A DNA stretch of 64,000 nucleotides from Octopus vulgaris (GCA_951406725.2 OX597815.1:144150001-144214000); one strand, 5' to 3'. Numbered from the stretch's first letter, positions 1 to 12,603 are shown. Program-made: numbers and translations. Notes: generated by a model not told the origin, from the letters alone.

Positions 1-60
1 TATATATATATATATATATGTATGTATGTGTGTATGTATGTATGTATGTATGTATGTATG

Positions 61-108
<48 letters not shown>

Positions 109-145
109 TGTATTATGTATGTGTGTGTGTGTGTGTGTGTGTGTG
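1..145. repeat. compound (TA)n/(TATG)n/(TG)n microsatellite
   Basis: Direct reading. Confidence 0.95.
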
Positions 146-528
146 AATATGTTTATAATAGAATATAAACTTTTAAGATTCGAGTGCACAGCATAAAGCG
201 AAAAAGTGGACAAGATCGCCCATAGGAATTAAACCACATATATTGTTCGTCCGGGATAACCATTACACCAAAGTGACCCGCCACTCCCTGTCGTTGAATT
301 TAGCACAAGTAAACATACCACTGTGCCAGCTACTCTCAGTGTGTATCAGACAAACTTGGTTGGTATGTCTGATAGTGTCTTGACCCCTATAGCGAAAAGG
401 TCGACCCGTTGTTGTTAATACAGCTAACGGTTAAGATTTAAGTACATTCACATGCACGGTAAAGGACGGTAAAAAGTAGACAATATCGTCCGTACATACA
501 TACATACATACATACATACATACATACA

Positions 529-556
<28 letters not shown>

Positions 557-559
<3 letters not shown>

Positions 560-837
560 CCAGACAGTGAATTCATATTCATACCAATAATAATTGGAGC
601 ACTAGGTTTTGTTAGTAAATGCTTAAAGGAGAATCTGGATAAACTGGGATTTTCAGAAAGAGAAATAGACCGGCTAATTCGTACATTATTAGTGCAATCT
701 GTGAGTGGAACAGTAAAAATATGCAAGACTTTTCTCAAGTTCTAAATGTGAATTTGTCTGTATTAACTACATCCCAAAGACGGATCCTTGTGTCTTTGTT
801 AGTAACCGGTGGAAGATTTATAATAATTAAAAAATAG

Positions 838-838
<1 letters not shown>
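557..838 (+). mobile_element. 3' end of an RLE-type (R4/R2-group) non-LTR retrotransposon
   Basis: 557-745 translates YPDSEFIFIPIIIGALGFVSKCLKENLDKLGF...VKICKTFLKF*, homologous to the C-terminus at 49.3-49.5 kb; begins right after (TACA)n 493-556 and ends at (CA)n. Confidence 0.8.
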
Positions 839-886
<48 letters not shown>

Positions 887-1072
887 GGGTATAGCTAATT
901 CTAATCCTACCCGCAATTATGACTGGTGTAAATGTATATTTAAACCAACACATTAAAACGAAAGAGAAAATTGATCTTGGAAGAATTTGAGCTCAGAAGA
1001 AAAAGGTAATAACTATGTACCACGTTACATTTAGGTTGGCAATTCTTCCGTTTCAGCCACTACTACTACTGC

Positions 1073-1126
<54 letters not shown>

Positions 1127-1449
1127 CCGATTGTAGTCATCGGGGGTTAGAAAAGAGTAAGGGATAATTTTGAACTGACATCCTTAGTGAACTATGACGT
1201 CAAGAACATGTCTTCATGTAACAGGAGAGTCACCTTTAAAGCGTGTAGTGAGGGGAGGGGTAATGTAGCCATTTTGGTGATGCGTTGAATTTAGTTTCAG
1301 CTTTTGCCCAGGATTGCTTACGTAATGATCATGTTTCTTTCATCTTTCTTTCCTCAAATATATTTTAGAAGTGATGTTATTGTTGGTGGTGGGGGGGAAG
1401 GGTGCTGCTGCTGTTGCTGCTGCTGTTGTTGGTAATGATGGTGGTGATG

Positions 1450-1650
1450 ATGTTATTTAGCCCCAGGTCAGCCATGCCACGAGCAGACCTATATGTAATC
1501 AAAAAGCGTTCAAGTCGTGACCATTCTAGGACTGCACTAGAAGACTATGTGTCCTTCCACTTTTAAAACGAAGATTGTCGTTCGGAGTAATTTGTCTGCT
1601 ATTTCTCTAGCAGGTCCAGTGACCTCGTAAAGGCTCCCTCATTGAGCTGT
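1450..1650 (-). mobile_element. diverged copy of interspersed repeat family D (probable SINE 3' part, AAC-tailed)
   Basis: Similar to 10300-10490, 11285-11490, 14300-14680 and 42270-43095 (shared gctatttct / cagacct..gatca motifs). Confidence 0.5.
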
Positions 1651-2509
1651 TGTGTTGTTGTGTTCAGAATCCGCCATTAAAAACTAAACTAATTTATTTG
1701 TTCTTCGACACCATAACAACCGCAGTCGTTCACATTAATATTTAAAGATAATTTATCTAACTTCGTACCATTTCTTTCACTCTCCATTATTTTATTCATT
1801 TATTTTTTAAATATTCTTCTATCGTTTGTCTAGACACCATTTCTTAATAAATCTGGAAGTGTTAATTCCAGGAACAAAACAATAGAGCAATAAAACAATA
1901 AAACAAATATCAATAAAAACATATCCTAGATATAATTAAAAAATACTTTGAGCTTAATTAAGAGTTGTAAGAAACGAGTAGCTGTAAGAAAAAAATGTTC
2001 TATTTGGAGCAATGTTTAAAATGTCCAGGAGCTGCTGGAACATTCGATTTTTTTATGAAAACAGTGTGTGTATGTGTGTGTGTGTGTGTGTGTATGTATG
2101 TGTGTGTGTATGTATGTGTGTGTGTGTATCCTTTTGAGTTCCTGTAAAATGCGCGTCAGTGACTGCGTTTGAGTTAATTTATGTGTGAGTGTGTGTGTGT
2201 GTGCATGCTTGTGTGTGTGCATGCCTGTGTGTGTCTGTGATTGTGTGTATGCCTATGTGCGTGAGTGGGAATGCGTATCCGTGTTTGCGTGTGTTTGACC
2301 GAGTATGTATGTGTGCTTATGTGTGAGTGTATGATTATGTGTAGGAATTTGTGTATTTATTTATATTTGTGTGAATATGTGTATATATAGAAGTACGTGC
2401 ACGACTGTTGTGAGTGTATGTGCGAGCGACTCCGTGTGAGTACGTGCGCGTGTGTGCTTATAAGCGCGTGTATAATTATAGTATCATGATAATAACAAGA
2501 TAATTAGAT

Positions 2510-3150
2510 CACATCTGTTGTAGAGACGAGTGTGGTAATGTAGAAATGTTGTAGTATTGCTGTGGAATGTTGTAGTCGTTTAATGATGCAGCGTTGGGAT
2601 ACTGCGGTGTTGGACTGCTGCGGTGTTGGAATCCTGCAGCGTTGGGATGCTGCGGTGTTGCAGCTTTGTAATGGAAAGACGTCATAATGTTATAGAGGAG
2701 TATTGTAATGTTGTAGAGCTGTAAGGTTGTTGTAGTTTGATAGTGCTGTGATGTTCTGGCATTGTAATGGTGTATTGCAATGTTACTGTAATTTATTTCT
2801 TTACTACCCACAAGGGGCTTTTAAACACAAAGGGAACAAACAAGAAAAGACAAATGGATTAAGTCGATTACATCGATCCCAGTGCGTAACTGGTACTTAA
2901 TTTATCGACCCTGAAAGGATGAAAGGCAAAGTCGACCTCGGCGGAATTTGAACTCGGAACGTAACCACAGACGAAATACGGCTACGCATCTCGCCCGGCG
3001 TGCTAACGTTTCTGCCAGCTCGCTCGCAATGTTACTGTAATGCAGTACCGTTGTTGTATTTTAATGTTATGTTTTAATGTTGGGTTTTAACGTTATAGTG
3101 TTACAATTGTACACACTTCCGATGTGTTACTCAATTTACAGCGTTACACT
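2510..3150. repeat. degenerate 8/16-bp minisatellite interrupted by a SINE
   Basis: Consecutive 16-mers gcagcgttgggatact, gcggtgttggactgct, gcggtgttggaatcct, gcagcgttgggatgct at ~2588-2660; TGTTGTAA-like units around them. Confidence 0.7.
2793..3025 (-). mobile_element. tRNA-derived SINE family B (tail type B1)
   Basis: B-box-like GAGTTCAAATTCC and core CTTTCATCCTTTC.GGGTCGATAAA; 16-bp TSD gcaatgttactgtaat at 2777-2792 and 3026-3041. Confidence 0.9.
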
Positions 3151-3164
3151 CCAAGAGTTTAGAC

Positions 3165-3312
3165 CTGCTGTTGGCAAACCGCGGCCTGTAGGAAATTCTG
3201 AATGGCACGCCTTATAAAATATTACCTTGAATATTTTTTTAGTAGTGCTGCCCTCCTGATAATGATTCATATCTCATGTGGCCCGCTTCTCGAAAAAGTT
3301 TGTCCGTGCCTG
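3165..3312. mobile_element. hAT (Charlie-like) MITE
   Basis: Imperfect TIRs ctgctgttggcaaac / gtttgtccgtgcctg, subterminal ggcccgc, 8-bp TSD gtttagac/ctttagac. Confidence 0.7.
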
Positions 3313-3329
3313 CTTTAGACAGCGGACAA

Positions 3330-3900
3330 CAGGTTGGAATTATCGTCGCATTAGTCCTTGAAGAATTAACAGACAGTTTATGAAATACAGTTTTATCTAT
3401 GTTGTGTATTTGAGTTTTGCAGAAAATATCAGGAATATAAGAAATGAGGGCAAATATATCGATAAGGTACGAGAGTGGATAACATAACCCTTCCTTGGAG
3501 CACATAACTCTTTCTTGATGGCGGGATCTGACAAGAAGTTGGAACGTGGTTGAATTCCAAAGGTAAGCCACTGAATTGAACGATTCTGGTGCCACAAATT
3601 ATCAAATACGTTGCTAATTTCATGTGAAATAACATTGCTTTCACCGAGCTTGTTGAAGAGAAGGATCACTGAGAATGAAATAGGAGATTTGGATTTGCGA
3701 AAACCATACTGGAATTAACAAAAGAGGGAGAGATTCAAGACATTAGAGAAAGTTATTATAACCATAGATTCCATCGATTTTGAGATGTTGGATGTGAGAG
3801 CGATTGATCGATAGTTAGCAGGATGACTCTTTTGGGAATTAGACACATTGGAGTTTCCAAATAATCAACAGAGATGGAAAGATTTGATGAGGATGTTCGT
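3330..3900 (-). pseudogene. degraded CR1/Jockey-type reverse transcriptase fragment
   Basis: Frameshifted motifs GESNVISHEISNVFDNLWH (=ALDISKAFDRVWH), NFLSD and QGRVMLSTL (=PQGSVLSPTL). Confidence 0.65.
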
Positions 3901-4082
3901 CAGCTATGGGGAACACTGTTTGAACGTAACGGAAGCGACATTGTGGGGCTGTATTGTATGCATAAGGTAGTGTGGTGGAGTATGAGATAATTCTGTTACA
4001 AAGTATAGTATAACATGAAGTGTTGAGTGGTGTGGTGTAATACGATGTAATGTAGTACGGTGTATAGTTTAATTATTCGCAT

Positions 4083-4174
4083 TGTTGTAGTAGTAGTAGT
4101 AGTAGCAGTAGTAGTAGTAGTAGTAGTAGTAGCAGCAGCAGCAGTAGTAGTAGTAGTAGTAGTAGCAGCAGCAA

Positions 4175-4205
<31 letters not shown>

Positions 4206-4215
4206 CGTAGTAGTC

Positions 4216-4246
<31 letters not shown>

Positions 4247-4315
4247 CAGCAGCAGCATATGGTGTAGTTAGTAGTAGCAGTAGTGGTGGTGGTGGTGGTG
4301 GTGGTGGTGGTGGTT
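4083..4315. repeat. (GTA)n/(GCA)n/(GGT)n trinucleotide microsatellite
   Basis: Direct reading. Confidence 0.95.
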
Positions 4316-4339
4316 TACTGTTTGGTGTTAGTATGAGCA

Positions 4340-4920
4340 TTTATTATTTCAGCTTCTGTCAGCAAGCATGGAATGGTGCGAGACACCAATCGCCAGTGCC
4401 AGACGTTTGGGTGATGTCGGAGCAGTATGTCTCCCGAGTTACACCCTCCAACGAATTCTATTCATTAATGCCAGACAGTCCTTGTTTTAGTCGGTAATAC
4501 ATTTTCCTAATGGAATATGTCTATGTTAGAACGCCCGTCCTTCAACTTTTTGGGAGGGATGCGTACTTTTAATCGGAATGTCTATCTGCAGTCAAAAATT
4601 TCCCTGTGGAATTCCCAACGTACCATTTTTATTGCTCTTAGGCTATATTTGTTTTAAAATGAGGCATTACACCAGTTCTTGTCCTTAACAGACCAGTAGC
4701 CCTGGATAAAGTGTAAACCATAAAGCTTGGAATCTGGAGTAATATAAGGCACTCATAGTGCTTCACTAACTAGAGTGGATCAACAGTAGTGAAACTACCC
4801 TAACCTTCTCTAGAAGGATTGTGAAGGGCACAAGAAATGATGACCCGGAGGTTAAATACATTTAAAGGGGTCTCTTCTGGGGACTTTCAAATATGAAATA
4901 TTTCCTGAAAACCTTGATTT
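4340..4920 (-). mobile_element. possible highly degraded CR1/L2-type LINE 3' end
   Basis: Minus-strand remnants resembling STLVR..LEY...W...RAxKMV of RT C-termini; weak. Confidence 0.35.
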
Positions 4921-5156
4921 GCCAGTGTTAAACTGATGCATTACCTGTTCGGGTTAAGTTGAACGAACAAATCAGCTAGATTATCAGTACATGTTATCTG
5001 TACAGTGAGACAGAGAAAACTCCCTCACACGCTGTTGACGAGTTTATGCTTAATCGATGCTACGTTGTGTAGGACGAATCAGGTTGTCCACTGCAGTCAT
5101 AGAGGTACTTCCGTTGCTTCTTGAGACTGAAATACCGATTAGAGTGCATTTCTTTT

Positions 5157-5215
<59 letters not shown>

Positions 5216-5218
<3 letters not shown>

Positions 5219-5476
5219 TTTTACTTGTTTCAGTCATTTGACTGCGGCCATACAGAACCACCGTCTTTAGTCGAACAAATCAATCCTAGGACTTATTCTT
5301 TGCTAGCCTAGTACTTATTTTATCCAACCCTTTGGCCGAGTCACTAAGTTACTGGGACGTAAACATTCCAACATCGCTTGTCAAGCGATGGTGGGGAGAT
5401 AAACACAGACACACACAAATACACACGCGTGCACACACATACACACGCGTGCACACACACACACACACACACACAT

Positions 5477-5513
<37 letters not shown>

Positions 5514-5676
5514 CGACGGGCTTCTTTCAGTTTCCGTCTACTAAATCCACTCACAAGACTTTGGTTAGCACGAGGCTATAGTAGAAGACACTTGACTAAG
5601 GTGCCATGCAGTGAGGCTGAACCCGGGACCATGTGGTTGGGTAAGTAAGCTTCTTACCACACAGCCACTCCTGCAC
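5216..5676 (-). mobile_element. tRNA-derived SINE family A with internal microsatellite
   Basis: Head GGAGTGGCTGTGTGGTAAG, internal (CA)/(TA) tract, tail ATGACTGAAACAAGTAAAAG; many copies in window. Confidence 0.9.
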
Positions 5677-5684
5677 TTTTTATT

Positions 5685-6010
5685 TTTTTATCTATTTCAG
5701 AAATTGAACTGCAACCATTCATTTTTTTTTAATATCTGGCACTTATTTCATCGGTCTCTTTTGCCAAATCACTAACTTACGGAACGTAAGCAAACGAAGC
5801 CGGTTCTCAAACAGTGGAAGGGGAACAAACACAAATACAGACATGCATAAATTTACAACCGGCTTCCGCACAATTTCCGTTTAGCAAATTCACTCACAAG
5901 GTATTGGTTGGCTGTAGTAGGAGATATTTGCCCAAGGTGCAGCACAATGGGACTGAACCTGAAACCCCGTGGTTGCAAGGTGAGCTTCTTAACCACACAG
6001 CCATGCCAGC
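5685..6010 (-). mobile_element. older SINE family A copy
   Basis: Diverged match (gcccaaggtgc, aaccacacagccatg). Confidence 0.75.
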
Positions 6011-6606
6011 GTCTACATCTGAACTATTTTTTTTTTATTTTCACCTCTTATTAAATTGGTATTTCCTATAATAAGCTCACTCACGGACATTTTTTGGCGT
6101 ATGATTCTATCATTTTTAATCTGATGGTATTTCATAATACTGACATAATTTTCGCTATACGAAAGTCCTGTCAAGCTTGTGTATGGATTTTTTTTTTTTT
6201 TTTGCGGATTGAATAGTAAGAAATTGTCTAATTGACTATTTCCTCCTATCTTCTATACCATTCTACAGTTTATGTTCTGAGTTCAAATCCCGCAGAGTCC
6301 AACATTTTCTTTCAAATTTCCAAGATACACAAATTCTTAGATCTGTTGTTAGTCATTATTGTTTAAAGGGTTTATTAGAAATAATAATTATTATTCTGTT
6401 GTGTCTGGGGAGAGTCATTTTCTTTTTGTGCCTTATAATTTAACACACTCACCGGTAAAATTTCTACTTAATTCTTATTTTTATTTTCTTAAAATTTTCG
6501 TTGCGTCTTGCAACCTTTTCAATAGTGCTTCAACACACGAACTCACATAAAGAATTTTGCAAACCAAATCCAAAAACAAAATATAATTATTATTATTATC
6601 CGTTTT

Positions 6607-6822
6607 AAGGAGGCAACCTGACACAAAAGTAAACACGCCGGGCAAAATGCTTTGCGGCATTTCGTCCATCTTTACGTTCTGAGTTCAAATTCCGTCGAGG
6701 TTGACTTTGCCTTTCATCCTTTCGGGGTCGACAAAAATAAGTACCAGTTGAAAAAATTGGGGTCGATGTAATCGACTCATCTCCTCCCCGAAATTGCTGC
6801 CCTTGTGGCAAAAATTGAAATC
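6607..6822 (+). mobile_element. SINE family B (tail type B2)
   Basis: Same head/core as B1, tail ...gaaattgctgcccttgtggcaaaaattgaaa. Confidence 0.85.
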
Positions 6823-7044
6823 ATTATTATTATCATCTTGTTCATTTATAATGCACACAAGCTCTATCGAACCTATGCTTTAAATTTAAGGAAGAATAGA
6901 ATTGGGGTTTCAATTCTTTTGCCCCTAAACACACATACACATATACTCTTTTGTTATGCCGGCTACAGCCTAATGAGGCCAACTGGCAATACCAGTTTTG
7001 AGTGTCACACCGAGCTGTGCCCATTTAATGTAGCATACATATAG

Positions 7045-7431
<387 letters not shown>

Positions 7432-7619
7432 ATTATATATATTGCAGGTATGGCGTTGTGCTTCAGTACATATATAAATATTTTTATGAGAGTATAATTC
7501 TTACATAATTCTGAGTCTGAGTTCCATTACTGATTCTTTGAGTTCCTCCTTTAAGGCAAGAGACTTCGAACTGGGTGTAACTTTTGTTTTTATCGTAGCC
7601 AGATAAAGTCAGTCGTTAT

Positions 7620-8300
7620 GTGACTTGGCCACCTTTTGTTAGTTTTGTTTTTTTTTCTCCTTCATCTTTATTTTGCCTTTTTCCCCCCTCTGTTTTGTAA
7701 CTTCCACATTACAGCAACGAATCTGTAGTTTAATGCCAGTCATACTATAAAATTTATTGGTTCCATCTTGTGTTCTGGAATAATTTCATACTTTAAATAT
7801 CATCATCCTTGTATTTTAGATATAATCATTTTTAGATTAACTTTCATTTTTTTTAATGTTGTTATTCGCTTTTATTGTTCCCCAGATATTTACAACCATT
7901 TCTATTCTTAAATATTTGGATACATGATTGGTTTTTATAGTCAATGATTACTGATTTAGTCATCCTACTTCAGCTGAAGCTTTCTTTAACATATTTGTCG
8001 ACTCGAAATTCTTTATTGGTGTCTGAGGTATAATATTTTACAATTTGGAAAATATATGCCACTCTTGAAGTCACTGTTGTCTACGTTATTCCCCACAGAC
8101 AAACTACAGATATTCAACCGCATAATTCTCATCAGTCTATGATGGATGTATATATATCATGAACACTGCCTCTCCACCAGCTAAATAAGATTTGATTTTG
8201 TTCATATACAGGACGTAGATCTTGATATCTCAAACCTTATTGTCGTTTTCTATAGAACTTAGGATTGTACTAAACATAAAGAAAACAGACAGAACAAAAG
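7620..8300 (-). pseudogene. highly degraded RTE-like LINE RT remnant
   Basis: Minus-strand traces of GFR..RST, KYLG and TRWN...W...R.RG motifs in the expected order. Confidence 0.4.
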
Positions 8301-8599
8301 TTGTGGGAACAAATCTTAGAATATTCCAGGCTTAATGTGCATTTTCTGTTTAATAATCTAATTCTTTATGGTTTGGGTTTTGCTCTCAGAGTTTGGGGGG
8401 TTTTATGAAGCTTAGTTCAACAGAGGGAAAAGGGACATGCTGGTTCGAGATAAACTCGACAGAAACGGTAGCACTACATAGAATATAAATTATGCGATAA
8501 CATAAATGGTGCAGTCCTCCTGATATGGAAGAATCCTAACTGCGGTCATTCAAGAACCCCACAGATTCGCAAAGGCACGAGCAAAGGCACAAGCCTTGC

Positions 8600-9000
8600 C
8601 CAATTGTTGCTCTCCAATCTACATGCGCGTGCTTAGTGTAGAGCCATTCACCTAAACCATTTTTGTCGCAATCACCGATCCTTTCACAAATTCACTGGGA
8701 GATAACACTTCCCTCTCCACTCGCCCGTTACTTTCCAAATAGGACTTTAACAAAAGTTGACTGAGGGCTTGACAGAAGAGGAAGGTGTCTTTTGTCAATT
8801 CTTTCAACTTCGTTCATCACACAACCTCTTTTCACCATAGTCACTAGACAGAGGAACACACCACCTGCCCTGCCTGTTAAAGGTGGGTGATGGAGCGATC
8901 CTCGCGATGGATTCCGCCAATAGTCGGATTCGTCCCACACACGATAACAACTGTTTGACATGGCTCCATAAGTCAACAATGCTCCGGCAAAAGGAAATAT
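8600..9000 (-). mobile_element. degraded L1/Tx1 ORF2 C-terminal fragment
   Basis: Minus strand encodes DLWSHVKQLLSCVGRIRLLAESIARI...VFLCLVTMVK...RVEREVLSPSEFVK, aligning with the C-terminus of the 61.4-63.3 kb ORF (DLWAYVEQLLSRVGRVGLSAESIVNI...RVERQVLSSECFKK). Confidence 0.8.
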
Positions 9001-9029
9001 AATCAACAGAATATAGCTGTATGCGGTTT

Positions 9030-9405
9030 ATATATCAACGTTGATTCATCAATAACTGGTTGAGTCAATGCTGGTATATAATTTAACCTGATTATAGATT
9101 TACGAACTACAAAATTGTATTGATTCAATAATGATTGGTCAAATAAATGTAAAGTAATAGTTTTTAACATCTACCTTGATTCAATAAGTTATGGATGACC
9201 TAATGTAAATATATAGTTTATAACACTATATTGATTCAGTCATGGATGGTTGAACCAAGGCAAAATATATAAACTGTACATCTACAGATGTTGAAAGCAG
9301 ATATATAAATAATATACCCACATTGATTCAATCATCCGTAACAGATTGAATCAATATTGATATACAGTTTATAACATCAACATTGATCCAGCCATCGATG
9401 GTTGC
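9030..9405. repeat. degenerate tandem array of palindromic ~55-60-bp units
   Basis: TTGAT(T/C)CA at 9041, 9120, 9176, 9231, 9323, 9383; consensus about ACATTGATTCAACCATCGATGGTTGAATCAATGT plus ATATAGTTTATAACATC linker. Confidence 0.7.
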
Positions 9406-10299
9406 AAAACATCTTCGTAATGTAACCAGTATGTACGTTTTTGATCTACTTGCTGTCTTCTATATATACTGCATTTGATGGCATAAAAATACGCACGGAT
9501 ATTAAATGCATCTCAAATTCAGCAGCACATATTCAGAAAAAAGTTTTGGCGTATTTAAGCATGTAACATAGGCCTTATTTCGCACTAGAACCCGGAGTAG
9601 CTTTTTAATGCATTTTATTGGAGTAAGTTCGTATTGTATGTTATCAAGTACGATAGCTAATCTTTACGACTATATGTACGTTTTCTACAAACTTTCTATG
9701 TTATAGTCAGGCATTTGTTTCAGTCTAGTTGTCGAGATATCTTCCTTCCTTCCTTCCTTCCTTCTTACAGTAATTCCCAAAGTCATAGAAAAGTAGGAGA
9801 GCATAGTAACCTGTAATGTTTGTGAGTCGCTTACTTCCGGCGTTTTCGGTAAGAAATTTTGGTCTCCTTGAATTAGCTATATTATTAATTGAGATGAACT
9901 TCGTTCATGTTATTTACACCATGAGGTATGGTGTGCGTCTGTGCGACTGTGTGTGTGAGAGAGTGTGTATGCGTCTGGGGGGGAGTCTATCAGATGTTCT
10001 ACACAGAAATGTTCGTTATTGTCTACTTCCACTATATCTGGATAAAAAAAGAAGAGATGGTCATAGATAGAACGTCTTTGAAGCATGAGTCTGTTGGATC
10101 CGGATCTAAACAACAAAAATCGATTACTTTCTGCTTCTTCATAAGATTAAGACATGGATTGTCAGTGTAATAAATCAGACGACCGCAACTAGTGGCCCCA
10201 TGTATGAATTACGTCCTGAATCGGAGATTGAGTGAGCTTACAATAACTCCGCCATCGCCATAGTTAGCAACAACAACAAAAACATTACAACTACCAACA

Positions 10300-10495
10300 T
10301 CAACAGCAACGGCCAGCTAGAAATAGTAGCCAACCCTTTTACAAATTACAGCCCACGCGTCTTAGAAATGGGCACATTGGATAATGTGATCCCGGTTTCC
10401 CTACTCATAGGAAAAAAGACGGGATAGTCACGGCTAGAATGCTTCTGATCATTACAGGTCTGCTCAATCAAATCTAACCTGAAACAACAACGCCA
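10300..10495 (+). mobile_element. repeat family D copy with AAC tail
   Basis: gctagaaatagtagcc...gtcacggctagaatgc..tgatca..ggtctgctc...acaacaac. Confidence 0.55.
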
Positions 10496-10516
10496 TAATT
10501 GACAAAAACAACAACA

Positions 10517-10737
10517 ACTCTTTCTGCGATAGACACTAGACCAGTACTTTTCGGGTAGGGGGCTAGTCGATTACATCTAACCCAGTACTCGACTGATGCT
10601 TATTTTATGGTGCCAGAAAGGATGAAAGGCAAAATTCGATCTCGGCGACATTTGAACTCAGAACGTAAAAAGCCGGAAGAAATACCCGCTAAGTATTTTT
10701 GTCCGACTTGTTAACAACTCTTCCAAATCACTGCCTT
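10517..10737 (-). mobile_element. SINE family B (B2-like tail)
   Basis: gaaaggatgaaaggcaaa...tttgaactcagaacgt. Confidence 0.8.
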
Positions 10738-12069
10738 AACAATAACAATAACAACAACATAATTACTTTTTACATCTCATGTTTGCAGTAATATTTCTTT
10801 ATTCCTCTCATAGAATATAGTTCAATGTTCCTTTTGTCCTGTAGCTTATTCCATTTATTTAAGAGACTTTTTTTCTACTTCCTGTATTTATCTCCGCATG
10901 CATTTCTCTCTATGGTGGAACCTCCACTTTTATGCTTTTCCCCCTTTTATTCTGTATAAAACCTTTTCTGTTTACCAACTCGCTATCATTTTATTTTGTC
11001 TCAATTGTTTGCTTTCTACCACCACCACCACTACCACCCCTTAAAACTCATGGATTTTCCATCTAAGGATTGACTTTTTTCTATTTTAATTTCTTTCAGT
11101 TCTTGTTCATCCTTAATTGTAAGTCTTCTATATAACATTACTTCTATTTTTCTTTTCTTTTTAATGGAGGATAATTTGATATTTTTTAGTCTATTTGTAT
11201 TATATTTCACATATTACAATATATATTCTGCTTCGATTGATTTTAATGTTGCTGCTGTTGCTGGTGATGATGCTACTGCTACTGTTGTTTAGCTGATCAT
11301 CCCTGATTCAGCAAAAGTGTTTTTAGGAATTACTATCCAGTCTTTCTATGCTTCTGACATAATGTTATCTAATACTAAATCCCGTATCAAAAAAATGCGT
11401 GATTTTGAAAAAAAGATTGGCTATCCAGGACTGCATTCTGCGTCTTTCTTTTTGCAAGTCAGTAGAATGAGTGATTTGAGGCAGAATTGGTTCCTATTGT
11501 TACCAGGTCGAAAAACCACGTAAGGCTTTCTTTTCTTTCTAGTGTTTGGTTCTGTTATACGTTTGGTTGTTTTCCCCAAAGATTTCAACACCAACACGTT
11601 CAGTTACCACACACACACACACAAACACACACACAAACACATGCTGTGCCATACATTAGTTGGTTCCTTTTCATTATAACTATATCTTGTAATTATTTCT
11701 AATGGACAGTTAGCTTGCCTGATATTGTTATTTTATACGATATCCTGCTGCTATTGTACGCTGTCTTCAAATTGTATGGATTTTATCTCCAAATATTTTA
11801 TCTAATTTCCTCCATCAAACTGTTTATTCATTTAACGGTGTTGGCAGTAGACTTTCTCTCTATAATTTATTTGGCAATGCTGGGTTTAATGTTGTTTGCT
11901 TCTTGTTTTCTCTACTACAATGGATGCAGATATGACCAAGTGGTTAAGCTGTTAGCTACCTAATCATGAGACTTCGGGTTCGGTTTCAGTGTATGCCCTT
12001 TTGAGCAAATATTTTTGTTACTACAGTCATGGGTTGATCGATCCAAGCCCCGTGTATGAAACTGCGCGT

Positions 12070-12304
12070 CTATTACTTGTTCAAGTCATTGGACTACGGT
12101 CGTCCTGGGGCACCGCCTTAAAAGGTTTCACCGAACAAACTGATCCCAGGACTTATTTTCTTAAGTCTGGTACTTATTCTAGTGCTTTCTTTTTCCGAAC
12201 CACTAAGTTACAAGAACGTAAACAAACCAACACCAATTGTCAAATCGGGAGGGACAAACACAAACATCCTCTCACACGTGTGTGTGTGTGTGTGTGCATG
12301 TATG

Positions 12305-12342
<38 letters not shown>

Positions 12343-12510
12343 CGATGTGCTTCCACACAGTTTCTGCCTTACCAAATCCACTCACAAGAGAGTGGTCGAC
12401 CCAGGGCTATAGTAGATGACACTTGCCCAAAGTGCTGTGCTGTGGTACTGAACCCGAAACTACGTGGTTACAAAGTGAGCTTCTTAACAATGCAACTGTG
12501 CCTGCGCCTA
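12070..12510 (-). mobile_element. SINE family A
   Basis: Full head-to-tail similarity to the other copies. Confidence 0.85.
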
Positions 12511-12529
12511 TAAAAATTACGAATAATAT

Positions 12530-12603
12530 TAGCTTCAGAGCATAGTTTCGATCCACGACTTCTGGGTTACATACCCAGCACGCTTCCACTTCGCCACTCT
12601 GGA
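12530..12603 (-). pseudogene. initiator tRNA-Met pseudogene
   Basis: Reverse complement CAGAGTGGCGAAGTGGAAGCGTGCTGGGTATGTAACCCAGAAGTCGTGGATCGAAACTATGCTCTG closely matches eukaryotic tRNA-iMet (GATCGAAAC T-loop signature); anticodon CAT mutated and acceptor stem damaged. Confidence 0.8.

Noticed and set aside
6960-7035. Hammerhead-like CCTAATGAGGCC followed by an aactgg/ccagtt hairpin
   Set aside because: No GAAA core or helix III downstream
9030-9405. CRISPR-like reading of the palindromic array
   Set aside because: Linkers resemble each other rather than being unique spacers, repeats are degenerate, there are no cas genes and the context is eukaryotic
10770-11900. Possible minus-strand fossil of an R4-type N-terminal region
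   Set aside because: Only faint motif traces; not supportable without an alignment
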